Assembly: GCA_964291215.2 (NCBI GenBank)
Contig: OZ219790.1
Span: 672,001 to 736,000 of the forward strand
DNA length: 64,000 bases
Reading direction: 5' to 3'
From: Alphaproteobacteria bacterium
GTDB taxonomy: Bacteria > Pseudomonadota > Alphaproteobacteria > MPNO01 > UBA830
Under the pieces are notes generated by a model. The model had not been told where the DNA came from. It did no database searches and saw only the letters and a list, made by a program, of their open reading frames with translations. Shown in pieces: positions 44,016 through 58,151 of the stretch. A program made the translations under genes and the position numbers. The first letter of the stretch is position 1. Each line of letters starts with the position of its first letter.

Positions 44016-44474
44016 TCAGGCTATTGCCGCCGAGGCGACGGCAGGCCGACTGTCGCGCGCAACCGGGATGGACGGACGTGCCATATCCGCAAGCGAAACG
44101 CTTTCCATAGCATTGACCAGCGCATCGTTTATGCGCCGCCAGTTGGTCTGCGTGGGACAAAGCGCTTCGATCTCACAGACGATTCCGTCATGGGTCATGC
44201 ATTCGGTGAGCGCTATCGGACCATCGAGTGCCGAAATAATCTCGGCGACCGAAATGTCGGCTGCGTCTCGGGCCAACCCGTAGCCACCGGAAGCGCCACG
44301 GCGTGACGTCAGAAGGGCGGCTGCCGAAAGCTGCTTGAGAAGCTTGCTGACGGTGGGTTGCGGAAGCACTGTGGCGCGCGCCAGTTCAACAGCTGTCGCG
44401 CTCCGCGCGCCGCTTCGGGCGAGTTCCGCCATCAATACCATCCCGTAATCCGCCATGCGGCTGAGTTTGATCAT
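44016..44474 (-). CDS. Rrf2-family SUF regulator
   Basis: [20 protein letters not shown], three-Cys ECM..C..C. Confidence 0.9.
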   Translation of the reverse strand: MIKLSRMADYGMVLMAELARSGARSATAVELARATVLPQPTVSKLLKQLSAAALLTSRRGASGGYGLARDAADISVAEIISALDGPIALTECMTHDGIVCEIEALCPTQTNWRRINDALVNAMESVSLADMARPSIPVARDSRPAVASAAIA

Positions 44475-44660
44475 ATCAATCAGACCCTTGAAAATAGTAC
44501 CAAATCGGTGCTGTTGCGTGAAATAGAAAGCTTGCGGCCTTCTGTCAAGACAGCCCGCCAATATTTTTGACGGCGGCTGCCTTCGGACACTGCCCCCTCC
44601 CCCGGTTTGAATACCGCCGGGCCGGAGAACCACCCCAGCGTCTCTGCGCCCTTGCTCGAC

Positions 44661-44793
44661 CAAGCACTCACCTCCATGGCCGCACTTGGCTACAACCCAC
44701 TCGTCGCCATCCAGATCGCACTCGCAGGAAACGCCGCCGACATGATCAAAATTCACGACGCCAAACCCGCTCTGTGGAGGGGTGAGCAGATAC
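44661..44793 (+). mobile_element. Isolated IS66 right end
   Basis: Highly similar to 37832-37960 and 30545-30676. Confidence 0.82.
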
Positions 44794-44849
44794 CAAACAC
44801 TTACATCTCGTCTGAACATGGACATGATGAAATTTTGCACAAAGTCGAG

Positions 44850-45129
44850 CTAATACCAGCGGTTGAGTGTTGGGATTCATTGAAGAGATGCCCACGCCAG
44901 AGCGCGACAGTCCTCTGACGGAGGACCCGGACCATGTCCCTGCCCGCCGACGAAACCCTCTACGCCCACAAGATCAAGAGCCGCCACAAGCTGGCGAAAT
45001 AGAGTTCGGCGTGGTCGGTTACGAGTGTGGGGGTAGCTCGGCGGGATATCCCTCAGCCTGCAGCTTTCTCAGTATTCCTATGGCCTTGGAAGACTGCTTG
45101 TACGATGGCGTCCGGGCCGGTTTTACGCG
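44850..45129 (+). pseudogene. Possible IS5-family N-terminal remnant
   Basis: Broken fragments such as QYSYG/LEDCLYD resemble IS5 LQ.WY..SD..MEDALYD; weak. Confidence 0.3.
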
Positions 45130-45183
45130 GGTACTGTAACTTGATGTCTGGAAATTTGTCTGAGGTTTGCGCTTTGAGGCGTC
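45130..45183 (+). mobile_element. IS256 left end only
   Basis: Identical to 33261-33313; stops where the internal palindrome begins. Confidence 0.85.
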
Positions 45184-45521
45184 AACCGCCAAGAAACAGA
45201 CGAGGCTGCACTACGGCGCGTTTCTGCCATCCTTTGCGCCTGCTTGTGACGATAACCCCGTCCCCCGCTGTTGCGCTTGATCTCCCGGAAAATTGTTGAT
45301 CGGTCACGGCCCAGCTGCCGAGCAATCGCACCTTGTGAAAGACCGCTTTTCTGTAACGCCTCAATCTGACATCGCTCTTCGTAGGTGACGGTAGCCTTTG
45401 GACATGAACAACCTCCCTTCATCTTGTACAGGAACTCTCGCCGCTACCGCTCCGCAACATCATGCGTCTAAAAACACATGGTCACAGCCCATCACGTGTT
45501 GCACTTCACTATGGAACGGGG
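45184..45521 (-). mobile_element. IS30-family left end and N-terminal HTH remnant
   Basis: MSKGYRH/TYEERCQIEAL...IARQLGRDRSTIFREIKRN; TGTTGCACTT-type end near 45497-45520. Confidence 0.8.
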
Positions 45522-45522
45522 G

Positions 45523-45557
45523 CTTGCATTTCTGGCATATCATGCCAGAAATGCAAG
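45523..45557. promoter_or_regulatory. Perfect 16-bp inverted repeat (operator-like) directly before the ATPase ATG
   Basis: CTTGCATTTCTGGCAT atc ATGCCAGAAATGCAAG. Confidence 0.6.
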
Positions 45558-45558
45558 G

Positions 45559-46602
45559 ATGATACCGCGCCAGAAAGCCTAGGATGTTCTCGACCGCCTT
45601 AGCCAGTTTCCGGCCGTGGCTCTTCTCGGGCCGCGCCAGGCCGGGAAAACCACGCTGGCCGAGCATATCGCCGAAGAGCGGCCGAACGTTTACCTCGATC
45701 TCGAAGACCCGGCGGACCGCGAAAAGCTGGCCGACGCGGCGCTGTACCTCTCAGGCGACGAAGACAAGCTGGTGATCCTCGATGAAGTCCAGCGCATGCC
45801 GGAGCTGTTCCAGACGCTGCGCGGGCTCATCGACAAGGGGCGCGCCCGCAATCTCCGGGCCGGCCGGTTTCTGCTGTTGGGCTCGGCGTCGATCGACCTG
45901 CTCAAGCAAACCGGCGAATCCCTGGCGGGCCGGATCACCTATGTCGAGTTGGGTCCGTTCAACGTGCTCGAAGTCGAAGGTGATGCGCGCGAAAAACTGT
46001 GGACCAGGGGCGGCTTCCCGGACAGCTTTCTCGCCGAGAGTGATGAGGCCAGCACGATCTGGCGCGAGAATTTCATCCGTACTTATCTGGAGCGCGACAT
46101 CCCGCAGCTCGGCCCGCGGGTGCCGGCGGAAACGTTGCGGCGTTTCTGGACGATGCTCGCCCATATCCAAGGCGGTACGCTGAATGCGGCGCAGCTTGCG
46201 CGCGGCCTCGGCGTGGATGGCAAGACGGTGGCGCGGTATTTCGACCTGCTGGTCGATCTGCTTGTCGTGCGCCGCCTGCCGCCCCTGCACGCCAATGTCG
46301 GCAAGCGGCTCGTGAAATCGCCAAAGGTCTATGTACGCGACAGCGGCATCGTCCATACGCTGCTCGGCCTCGATGACCGGGACGCGGTGCTGGGTCACCC
46401 GGTTGCCGGCGGAAGCTGGGAAGGGTTTGTCATCGAAAACCTGCTCGGCTCGGCGCCGGAGCGGGTGAAGGCGAGTTTCTATCGCACCTCTGCCGGCGCG
46501 GAAATCGACCTTGTGCTGGAAATGCTCGGCGGGAAGCTGTGGACCGTCGAAATCAAGCGCGGCCTCGTCATGGTCGGTACCGAGACAGGGTGCGCTGTCT
46601 GA
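45559..46602 (+). pseudogene. AAA_14/DUF4143 ATPase; nonsense at codon 8 and C-terminal truncation
   Basis: MIPRQKA*DVL...GPRQAGKTT, ILDEVQ, RGGFP, KSPKVY, EIDL..EIK; diverges after EIKRGL at the IS1634 junction. Confidence 0.82.
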
Positions 46603-46906
46603 CCTTGTCGCCGATGCGTTGAGAAAGCACGAGCCGGTGGACGGGTTTGTCGTCTGCGGTGCTGCGGGTTTTGGTTGCCCTGATGAACATGTTGTCTGGA
46701 GGCTTTTGCGTTGACGAGGCTCCGGATATACCGGGTTTGGCGGCGGGGTCGAGCGAATCGGCAATATTCTGGCACCACAGGGGCCGTCCCGGACAGGAAA
46801 TCACAAACATAGTAGATATTATCACAAAAATAACAATATATACTATACCGAGTGAGGCCGCCGCATAAATTTTGGCTTCAACTGACGCAAAAAATGCCAA
46901 CTTGGG
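46568..46906 (-). mobile_element. IS1634-family left end and N-terminal remnant
   Basis: MFIRATKTRS...HRLVLSQRIGDKVRQRTL from ATG 46690; CCCAAGTT end. Confidence 0.65.
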
Positions 46907-46945
46907 TGAAGGCAGTTTTCCGCCCGGTAGCGGCCTCCCGACCGC

Positions 46946-48100
46946 CTATCTCGCCCAGAACTGAGGCCCGGCCCGGAGGTCTTCTGTATCGCGGTGGACA
47001 TGGACGCTGATCATCAGCCCGATCCCAAGCATCACCGTCAGCATCGCCGTGCCACCGTAAGAGATCAGGGGCAAGGGAATGCCAACCACCGGCATCAGCC
47101 CCATGACCATAGCAATGTTGATGAAAACATAGATGAACAGCATGACGGAAATGCCCAGCGAGAGCACGCGTCCAAAATGGTTCCGCGAGCGCAACGCGAT
47201 GACGATTCCGAAGGCGATGATGATGCCATATAGCGTGATCAGTAAAAGGCCGCCCGCCATGCCGAACTCCTCGGCAAGCATGGCAAAGATGAAATCCGTA
47301 TGAATCTCGGGCAGGAACCGCAACTGGCTCTGAGAGCCCTGAAGGAATCCCTTGCCGTCGAAACCGCCAGCACCAAGCGCGATCTTTGACTGAAGGATGT
47401 GGTATCCGGCGCCAAGAGCGTCATGCTCGGGATCGAGGAAGGAGAGAATTCGTTGCTGCTGATAGGGTCTGAGCAGGCTCCAAACAACCGGCACAGCAGC
47501 GCCGGCAACAGCCACCAGCACGCCGAATACTCTGAACCTCACCCCAACACCGAGAAAAACCGCCAAGCCGATCAGCAGGAGGAAGATAGCAGTTCCGAGA
47601 TCGGGTTGTCTGAGCACCAGCGCCGTCGGGACGGCAATCAGTACGCCTGGAATCAGCAGTTTGGACACCCTGAGTACTTGTTCGGCAGGAAGTCTGTAAA
47701 AATACCGCGCAAGGACCAGAACGAGGCCGATCTTCATCAGTTCCGAGGGCTGCACGCGGAAAAATACCAAGTCGATCCATCGGCGGGCCCCCATGCCTGA
47801 CGCCCCGACGACTTCCACCGCGATCAGCAGCAAGAGCAGCGCAGCATAGATCAGGTACGCGTGGCGCCACCAGAAGCGGATATCGATGACCGCGACCAGT
47901 AGCAGGATAACAAGACAGACACCGAACCGGATGAGATGCGGTTTGGCCCACGGGGTCCACGAACCCCTGGCTGCCGAATACAGCATCACCGTTCCGATGG
48001 CCGCGACAGCGCATACGACCAGGACCAGCCCCCAGTTCACGCGGATGAACTTGCCTGCGGACACACCGCCGTCAAAGGGCAGGACGGACTCCCTCCTCAC
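46946..48100 (-). CDS. rodA: Rod shape-determining protein RodA
   Basis: GARRWI, QPSELMK, QPDLGTA, HTDFIF, LPLISYGG. Confidence 0.95.
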   Translation of the reverse strand: MRRESVLPFDGGVSAGKFIRVNWGLVLVVCAVAAIGTVMLYSAARGSWTPWAKPHLIRFGVCLVILLLVAVIDIRFWWRHAYLIYAALLLLLIAVEVVGASGMGARRWIDLVFFRVQPSELMKIGLVLVLARYFYRLPAEQVLRVSKLLIPGVLIAVPTALVLRQPDLGTAIFLLLIGLAVFLGVGVRFRVFGVLVAVAGAAVPVVWSLLRPYQQQRILSFLDPEHDALGAGYHILQSKIALGAGGFDGKGFLQGSQSQLRFLPEIHTDFIFAMLAEEFGMAGGLLLITLYGIIIAFGIVIALRSRNHFGRVLSLGISVMLFIYVFINIAMVMGLMPVVGIPLPLISYGGTAMLTVMLGIGLMISVHVHRDTEDLRAGPQFWAR

Positions 48101-48103
48101 GGT

Positions 48104-49969
48104 TCAGATATCCTCGCGGTCGCGCGGCACATCAGGCAGCGGACCCTGGAGCCGAAGCGCTCGCCGCTTCTGGGCGGCAAGAAGAATTTCCCGTGCGATC
48201 GGCGCCGCCACGGCGGAACCGCTGCCGCCATGCTCGACGATCACGGAAACCGCGTATTTCGGGTGGTCCGATGGCGCATATCCGACAAAGAGGGAGTGGT
48301 CGCGCTCCTCCCAAGGTCGGTCCTTGTTCTTGCGAACACCCGTCGCGCGTTCGCTCCTCGTTATGCGCCGGACCTGCGATGTTCCCGTCTTGCCCGACAT
48401 CTCCATACCCTTCTCGCGAATGCGGGCGCGATAGGCGGTTCCGCCCCGCGCGTTGCAGACGCGGAACATCGCCTTGCGAACGACCGACAGCGAAGCCGAG
48501 GAAATGCCCAGTTTCTCGAAATCGGATTTCCAGGTTTCCTCTTGAGGCAGCCGTAGCAGGCGAGGAGTCACGGCCTCGTGCGCATTAGCAATGCGTGCAG
48601 TCATCACAGCAAGTTGAAGCGGCGTCGCCAGCAAATATCCTTGGCCGATGCCGTAGTTGAAGGTTTCGCCGCGATACCACGGCTCGTCCCTTTTCTTCTT
48701 CTTCCACGCCGTAGACGGAACAATGCCCTGCCTCTCGCCAGCCAGCCCGATCCCGGTCCGCACGCCGAATCCGAGCCGCCTTGCCATCGCCGCAATCCGG
48801 TCGGGTCCCAAGCGATTCGCCAGATCATAGAAATAGACATCGCAGGAGTTCTGGATCGCTGCCACCATATCCATCCAGCTGTGTCCCCCCTTCTTCCAGC
48901 AGTGAAAACGGTGACGGCCGAGGTCAACATGGCCGCGGCAGAACACTCGATGCTCCTTGCCGACAATCCCACCCTCCAGAGCCGCCAGCGCGACCACCAT
49001 CTTGAAGGTAGATCCCGGTGCGTAAGCCCCTGCAATCGTCCGGTCGACCAACGGCCTCATGGGATCGTTGACGAGTTGTTCCCAAGCCCCGGGCGAAAGG
49101 CCGCTGACAAACTCGTTCGGGTCATATCCGGGGACAGATGCTTGCACGAGAACCTCTCCGTTCTCGATATCCATCAGCACCGCGGCGGCGTTTCTTTGCT
49201 TGCTCAGCCGCTCGGTCGCCAGGAGCTGAAGATCGAGGTCAAGGGCGATGCGGACATCTGCTCCAGACCGGGGCTCCCGCCTCCCGAGTTCGCGAATGAC
49301 CCGCCCCAGGGAATTGACCTCGACCTCACTGTTCCCCGGCTGGCCGCGCAGCGACCGCTCGTAAATTGCCTCGATCCCACGCTTGCCTGTCAGGAGCTGC
49401 GACAACATGAGAGAGGGAGTGGCACGACGTTGGCGTTCGGACACCACAGACACGTAGCCAACCAAGTGGGAAGTACTCTTCCCGTAGGGGTAATTCCTGG
49501 TCTCCCCCAACTCGACCGAGACCCCCGACAGGTCGGGGGCGTTGACTTCGATCTTCGCGACATCCGTCCAGTCGAGACTCTCATATACTGTCACCGAACC
49601 ATGGCCGTAATGGTGCTGGATCTCACGCAATACCCGCCTCCGCGCATCGTCGCCGACCGAGACCAGAGAACCAAGACGCTCCAGTGTCCTCATGACATCG
49701 ACGGATCCGTAGGCAGCAAGCTTTATCCGATACAGTTCGAGGTTCCGTGCCAGCGGGCGGCCGTAGCGGTCGACAATTAAGCCGCGGGACGGCGCCAGCA
49801 GGCGCACGCTGATTCGGTTTTCCCTGGCAAGGGTCCGGAACCTCTCCGATTCGACGATCTGGAGCTGATACATGCGGCCCACCAGGACCGTGAGCAGCGC
49901 AGCTTTGCCGGCTCCCAGGATCGCAGCCCGGCGCGACAGCAACCTGAAACGCTGGCCGTCGCTACGCAT
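48104..49969 (-). CDS. mrdA: Penicillin-binding protein 2
   Basis: STFK, SCD, KTGT motifs; mre operon context. Confidence 0.95.
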   Translation of the reverse strand: MRSDGQRFRLLSRRAAILGAGKAALLTVLVGRMYQLQIVESERFRTLARENRISVRLLAPSRGLIVDRYGRPLARNLELYRIKLAAYGSVDVMRTLERLGSLVSVGDDARRRVLREIQHHYGHGSVTVYESLDWTDVAKIEVNAPDLSGVSVELGETRNYPYGKSTSHLVGYVSVVSERQRRATPSLMLSQLLTGKRGIEAIYERSLRGQPGNSEVEVNSLGRVIRELGRREPRSGADVRIALDLDLQLLATERLSKQRNAAAVLMDIENGEVLVQASVPGYDPNEFVSGLSPGAWEQLVNDPMRPLVDRTIAGAYAPGSTFKMVVALAALEGGIVGKEHRVFCRGHVDLGRHRFHCWKKGGHSWMDMVAAIQNSCDVYFYDLANRLGPDRIAAMARRLGFGVRTGIGLAGERQGIVPSTAWKKKKRDEPWYRGETFNYGIGQGYLLATPLQLAVMTARIANAHEAVTPRLLRLPQEETWKSDFEKLGISSASLSVVRKAMFRVCNARGGTAYRARIREKGMEMSGKTGTSQVRRITRSERATGVRKNKDRPWEERDHSLFVGYAPSDHPKYAVSVIVEHGGSGSAVAAPIAREILLAAQKRRALRLQGPLPDVPRDREDI

Positions 49970-50483
49970 TTCCGACGAGCCATCTTGTTTGCAGCCGGGA
50001 CAGTAGCCAGACAAGCAGGGGAAACGCGCCAGCCGTCAGGAGCACATGAAAGAGCACCGGAGAAGGGTCGATCAGATTCAGGTTCAGGATCATCGCGATC
50101 AACCATGTCAGCAGCGCCGCGAGAACGGCGACGAGCACGAAGCAGAACCACCGGCCGGCGTAATTCCTCGAACGCAGGAAAAGCTGCTGTGATCCGATCA
50201 GGCCGTACACGACCAGCATGACAAGCGCGTTCAGGCCGATCGGTGTGCCGGTCATGAGGTCCTGCCACAGGCCGAGCGCAAAAGCAGCCACTGGCGAAAA
50301 GAGATCGGGCCGGGAAACCGACCAGTAAAAGACGCATATCAGCCCCGCATTGACCGCGATCTGCCCGTAGCCGGGAACCAACAGCGGCACCGCCGCCAAC
50401 AGCACCAGTGCCAGACTAATCAGGACGGGCAGGGATTGCCGGAACAGGAGAAAAAGGTAACGGGGAAACCCCTGGATCATCAC
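49962..50483 (-). CDS. mreD: Rod shape-determining protein MreD
   Basis: FYWSVSRPD, GLWQDL; operon position. Confidence 0.88.
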   Translation of the reverse strand: MMIQGFPRYLFLLFRQSLPVLISLALVLLAAVPLLVPGYGQIAVNAGLICVFYWSVSRPDLFSPVAAFALGLWQDLMTGTPIGLNALVMLVVYGLIGSQQLFLRSRNYAGRWFCFVLVAVLAALLTWLIAMILNLNLIDPSPVLFHVLLTAGAFPLLVWLLSRLQTRWLVGNA

Positions 50484-51376
50484 CGGTCGGAATGCCCGGT
50501 GTTGCGGACGGCACCCGTTCCGATCCGGTCCCGACCGGCAATATTCCTGTCATAGGCGGTCAGGACGCGGACGTAGTCAAGCCGGTCGAGGTCGGCGAGC
50601 GGTCGAATCCGAACTTCTCCGTCGTCGATCGCAACCACCTCGCCGACCGCAAGATCGGGCGGGAACATGTTGCCGTGCCCGGACGTGATGATGCGGTCTC
50701 CAGGCCGGAGGCGCGTCCGCAGAGAGCGGAACTTCAATGACAGAGTCGCGCTGTTGTCGCCCGCAAGTATCGCAAGCACGCCGTTGCGCTGCACGACCAC
50801 CGGCACCCGCGAATTGAGGTCGGTAATCAGCAGCACCCGGGCAGACCTGTGGCCGGTCTCGATGACGCGTCCAATCAGGCCTCTGGCATTGACGACGGCG
50901 TCTCCCTTGGAAAGGCCAGCTTCGTCGCCCGCATTGGCCAGCACGGAACGCACGAAGATGCCCGTCGAATCACTGACCACCCGAACAGCGACTGACGCGA
51001 GCTCGTTTCCGGGCCGGTATTTCACCAGTTCGCGCAGGGCGTTGTTTTCCTTCGTCAGGTTCAGCGCCAACTGGTGCCATTCGCTCAGGCGCAGATTCTG
51101 TTCGCGAAGGCGAGCGTTCTCCTCGTAGATGGTCAGGAAAGCTCCGAGATCGTTCACCGCGACCGACAGCAGACCGATCGGTTCGGAGACGATTTCCATT
51201 ATGGGGGCGATGACGTCGCTCATTCCGGCGCGCGCGCGTTCCACCAACCCCGTCTGGGCCCGACCCAGCAGCAGCAGCAGCACCGCAACCAGACACAACA
51301 ACGCAAAGTCCCAGCGCCGGGCCGGACTGCGCCGGGATGTCCCGTTCCTCGCCGCTGCTCTGGAAAAAGATTTCAA
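50480..51376 (-). CDS. mreC: Rod shape-determining protein MreC
   Basis: Transmembrane segment, coiled coil ENARL, GLIGRV, TSG..FPP. Confidence 0.92.
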   Translation of the reverse strand: MKSFSRAAARNGTSRRSPARRWDFALLCLVAVLLLLLGRAQTGLVERARAGMSDVIAPIMEIVSEPIGLLSVAVNDLGAFLTIYEENARLREQNLRLSEWHQLALNLTKENNALRELVKYRPGNELASVAVRVVSDSTGIFVRSVLANAGDEAGLSKGDAVVNARGLIGRVIETGHRSARVLLITDLNSRVPVVVQRNGVLAILAGDNSATLSLKFRSLRTRLRPGDRIITSGHGNMFPPDLAVGEVVAIDDGEVRIRPLADLDRLDYVRVLTAYDRNIAGRDRIGTGAVRNTGHSDR

Positions 51377-51492
51377 CGGTTCTCAATTCCGCTCACAGTT
51401 GGTGTCAAGCCGGTTTCCCGGCCGGCGGAGCAAGCCCCCGGTCCGAACGAGAGCTGGTTCGGAAACGTGCAGCGGCACAGCGCCGGTCATTT

Positions 51493-52548
<1,056 letters not shown>

Positions 52549-52596
52549 CTACCTACCCAACCCTGCGCAAGCGCCGCGAAGACCTCCCCGTGGCTG

Positions 52597-54153
52597 TCAG
52601 GCACTCAACGCGCTGGGAGCGGTCTTTTCCCTCTTTATCAGCAGCTTGTTCAACGCATTCACGTAAGCGCGCGCCGAAGCGACCAGCGTGTCGGTATCCG
52701 CGCCCTGACCATTGACCGTCTTGCCGTTTTCCGCGAGGCGGACCGTGACCTCCGCCTGGGCATCGGTTCCCTCGGTCACGGCACTCACCTGGTAGAGTTG
52801 CAGCCGGGCGCGGTTTCCGGTCAGCACCTTGACCGCATTGAAGGTGGCGTCAACGGGGCCGTCTCCCGTCGATGTCGTCGCGCGGCGCTCGCCGTCGACT
52901 TCCAGCTCAAGCTCGGCGGTCTGGGGTCCGCGGGATCCGCAAACAACCTGCAGGGATACGAAACGTATGCGGTCATTGCCACGCACGACCTCATCGTCAA
53001 CCAGCGCGACGATGTCCTCGTCGAATATCTCGCGCTTCTTGTCAGCCAGCTCCTTGAACCGCCGGAAGGCATCCTGAAACGCGTTGTCGCCGAGTTCGTA
53101 GCCAAGTTCAATCAGCTTGTCCCTGAACGCGTGCCGTCCCGACAGCTTGCCCATCACGATCCTGGATTGAGCCAGCCCGACGGAAGCCGGCGTCATGATC
53201 TCGTACGTGCTGGCATTCTTGAGGACGCCGTCCTGATGGATGCCCGATTCATGGGCAAACGCATTGGCTCCAACGATCGCCTTGTTGGGCTGCACGTTGA
53301 AACCGGTGATCGTCGAGACGAGGCGGGAGGCCCTGGTGATGACCTCGGTCCTGACATTCGTTCTGTAAGGCATCGCGTCGCCCCTGGTGCGGAGCGCCAT
53401 GACGATTTCCTCGAGCGCCGCGTTCCCGGCGCGCTCCCCTATGCCGTTGATCGTGCATTCGACCTGTCGCGCCCCGGCCGCCACGCCAGCCAGAGAATTA
53501 GCGACCGCCAGTCCGAGATCATTGTGGCAGTGGGTCGAGAAGATGGCCTTGTCGCTGTTGGGCACCCGTTCGATGAGCATGCGGATCAGATTGCCGAACT
53601 CCTCGGGCACGGAGTAGCCAACGGTGTCGGGAACATTGATGCAGGTGGCGCCGGCCTTGATGGCGGCTTCAACGCAGCGGCACAGGAAATCATGATCGGA
53701 CCGCGTTCCGTCCTCGGGCGACCAGTCGACTTCGTCGGTGAAATTCCGGGCATGCGTAACGCTGTCGACAACATTGCGATAAACTTCCTCGCGCTCCATC
53801 TGGAGCTTGTGCTTCATGTGCAGCGGGCTGGTGGCGATGAAGGTATGGATGCGCGGTCGCACCGCTGGCTTTACCGCCTCGGCTGCGCGTTCGATATCAC
53901 GGCGCCCCGAACGCGCAAGACCGCATACCGCCGATTCCCGCACCAGCTTCGCGACCTCGTGCACGGCCTCGAAATCGCCATTCGACGAGATCGGAAAGCC
54001 TGCCTCGATCACGTCGACGCCCATGTCCTCAAGCGTCTCGGCGATCGCGATCTTCTCCTCGATGTTCATTGCCGCGCCGGGCGACTGCTCCCCGTCACGC
54101 AATGTGGTATCGAAGATGTAGACCACATCCGAATCGGAGTTGGCACCCATCAT
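52597..54153 (-). CDS. leuA: 2-isopropylmalate synthase
   Basis: [25 protein letters not shown], regulatory domain GDGPVDA. Confidence 0.96.
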   Translation of the reverse strand: MMGANSDSDVVYIFDTTLRDGEQSPGAAMNIEEKIAIAETLEDMGVDVIEAGFPISSNGDFEAVHEVAKLVRESAVCGLARSGRRDIERAAEAVKPAVRPRIHTFIATSPLHMKHKLQMEREEVYRNVVDSVTHARNFTDEVDWSPEDGTRSDHDFLCRCVEAAIKAGATCINVPDTVGYSVPEEFGNLIRMLIERVPNSDKAIFSTHCHNDLGLAVANSLAGVAAGARQVECTINGIGERAGNAALEEIVMALRTRGDAMPYRTNVRTEVITRASRLVSTITGFNVQPNKAIVGANAFAHESGIHQDGVLKNASTYEIMTPASVGLAQSRIVMGKLSGRHAFRDKLIELGYELGDNAFQDAFRRFKELADKKREIFDEDIVALVDDEVVRGNDRIRFVSLQVVCGSRGPQTAELELEVDGERRATTSTGDGPVDATFNAVKVLTGNRARLQLYQVSAVTEGTDAQAEVTVRLAENGKTVNGQGADTDTLVASARAYVNALNKLLIKREKTAPSALSA

Positions 54154-55210
54154 ACTGCTCCTTCCTGGCCGCCAGCCGGAAACCCGGCGCCCGAATTCCG
54201 CCTGCGAACCTCTCCGCACCTCCCGGCCCGCTACGGCGACGAGACCGACGAATGCGCACTCCCAAGTACCGGTTGTACACCAGACCCAGCGTTTCTCTAC
54301 CAGTATTCTCTCTTGCCATGAAGCAAGATAAACTGCTCTCTATTACACTGTTTTCAAAGCCTGCGCAAAGTTTTTTTCAGTCCCGCCGCCGTTTCCGGCC
54401 GCTGACATGAACGAAAAGCCTGCATGGTCAACGGCACGTCTTGGTTATCACGCGACGGACACACAGGGCCGCTTTCCGCCAACAGCCTCACGCCTCCCTG
54501 CATCAGGATGGCCCCGTTCACGCCCCCGGGATACACCCGCCGCGCAACACTTCCGGCTCCTCTGCGATCCCCGGCCACCCCGGCCTCAGCATCGCGCCAG
54601 ACATGCCGGACGCGCGCAGGCGCCTCAGAACCGCCGCATCACACCACGGGTGAACTGGAACATTTTGATATTATCAAGAAACAAACCACTTCATATAGAT
54701 ATTTGAAACCCATCCACGATCGCCGACCTCTCGGTCACCGTTCGCGATGCCGGACGGCCGGGGTCACGGTTGGCCTCCTGGCGTACGGAGTAACGGGCCG
54801 AGCCCATGCGACCAGCCCTGGACGGAAACCGGAGACGAGCCGATGTCCTGTAGCCGCGATCGCCACCGCCGCCCACAACCCGTGGTCCGGAGGCGTCAGC
54901 ACTGCCCGCCTTGCCGGCGAGCTGCGCAGGCAGGCGGGAAGTCGCGAATCGGCAGCGTCGGCAATTTGCGGCTCTCCGGCCTCATCCCCGGGCCCGTCGC
55001 GGCACCAGTAACTCGCGCGAGCCCCGGTTCCGCGAACGGCCCCGCGACAACCGCGAATCTGGCTACCAACACCAGATGATGATGCACGGACACGTTTGCG
55101 AGCAAATCACGCCCGCATCTTGCGGTGGCCGGACCTTCCCGCCCGGCCAGCCGGTCTCCGCACATTCAGGTCAAGGGGCGTGCCGGAAAAACCACGACGA
55201 TCCCATGCTA

Positions 55211-56257
55211 ATCACCTGAATCTAAAGTTCGTGGCATAAGTTTTGTTCGACGCGGAGACAGAAGCGCTTGACGGCGGCGAGGATTTCGTCGGCTGATTTG
55301 GTCCACTTGAAGGGCTTGGGATTTTCGTTGTGGGTTGAAGGCCCGGATGTCGGTTTCGAGTTGCAAGGTCGAGCGGCCACGTTGCAACTGCTTGCGGGTC
55401 AGTTCGGCGAACCAGCGCTCGACCTGCACGAGGCGGATGTCGGCGTGAAGTGGACGTGCCAGTGCGGCCGCCGAACCAGCCAGACCGCGGCGGTCTTGTG
55501 GGTGGCGTAGTTGTCCATGACGATGTCGAGGCCGTCCGGAACATTGCGGTCGATCACCTTGAGGAAGTCGAGGAACTCCTTGGCCCGGTGGCGTCTGTTG
55601 CCGATGACCGCGCCGGTGGCGACGCGGCGAACAGCGAGGTCGTTCCGTTGCGCTTGTAGTCATGGGTGCGCCGCTCAGGGATGCCGGGCAGCAGGACCGG
55701 CTGGGTGCGGGCCTGGCTCTTTTCGTCGACGCCCAGCGCGCGATCCGGCGGCGAGAGGATGTCGCGGACCTTATCGACGAAGTGCGGATCACGGGAGAGC
55801 TTGAACGTCTCGGCCCGGTGCAGGCCGAAGGCGCCCCAGATGCGCCAGATCGACGTCAGCCCCGCCTCCTTCGCCATCGAGCGCAGCGACCAGTGGGTCG
55901 CGGGCGTCGAGGTGAGCGTGCGCTCGATCACTTCCGCCACCTTCTCGTCCGCGATGCTCCGCGGGCGTCCCGGCTCAGCCCCTCGATGCGGTCCTTGACA
56001 AAGCGCTTGCGCCACTTGCCGACGGTGTGCACGCCGATCTCTGCGGCCACCGCCTTGTTGCCAAGCCCGTCCGCGCAACGCAGGATTATGCGGCCGACAG
56101 CGAGCGCGCCACACGGTGGCGGCGAACCTGCGCCTCCAGATACGACCGATCGCTCAAGACCAGCACCGCCAAGGGCCGTCCCGTGGCATCGCCATGACCT
56201 CCGTGTTCACACTCCGACCGCCATCATACAATCATACTTACTTCAGTTCCAGATGAC
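55211..56257 (-). mobile_element. IS630-family element, copy 2, frameshifted
   Basis: Colinear with 33996-35148; TA duplication on both sides; 106 bp shorter. Confidence 0.93.
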
Positions 56258-56476
56258 TAATTCAGAGACGCGAAATCCGAATGCGTTGAGGCTCGGCTCA
56301 TCACAGATCGCCTCCTTGATCGCAATTTTCGTGCCAAGAAAGTCCCATCGAGCCTTGGCAGCACGATTGCAGCGCGACGCAAACTGAGAAAATCTCGCCA
56401 GTCGTCGCCGGATTAGCAGCGTGGGATCATCGTGCGGAAAAACCCGCATTGCCCGGCGGCAAACGGCCGCCGGCGT

Positions 56477-58094
<1,618 letters not shown>

Positions 58095-58151
58095 CAGGCC
58101 GTCTCCGGACACCGGAGAGGGGTCTCCGCGCCGGCGATGCCGCGCCCCGGC

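Noticed and set aside
54154-54330. Leucine attenuator upstream of leuA
   Set aside because: No Leu-rich leader peptide or clear terminator seen
54330-55208. Long intergenic region with an AT-rich patch; possible sRNA or gene
   Set aside because: No recognisable RNA motif or credible ORF
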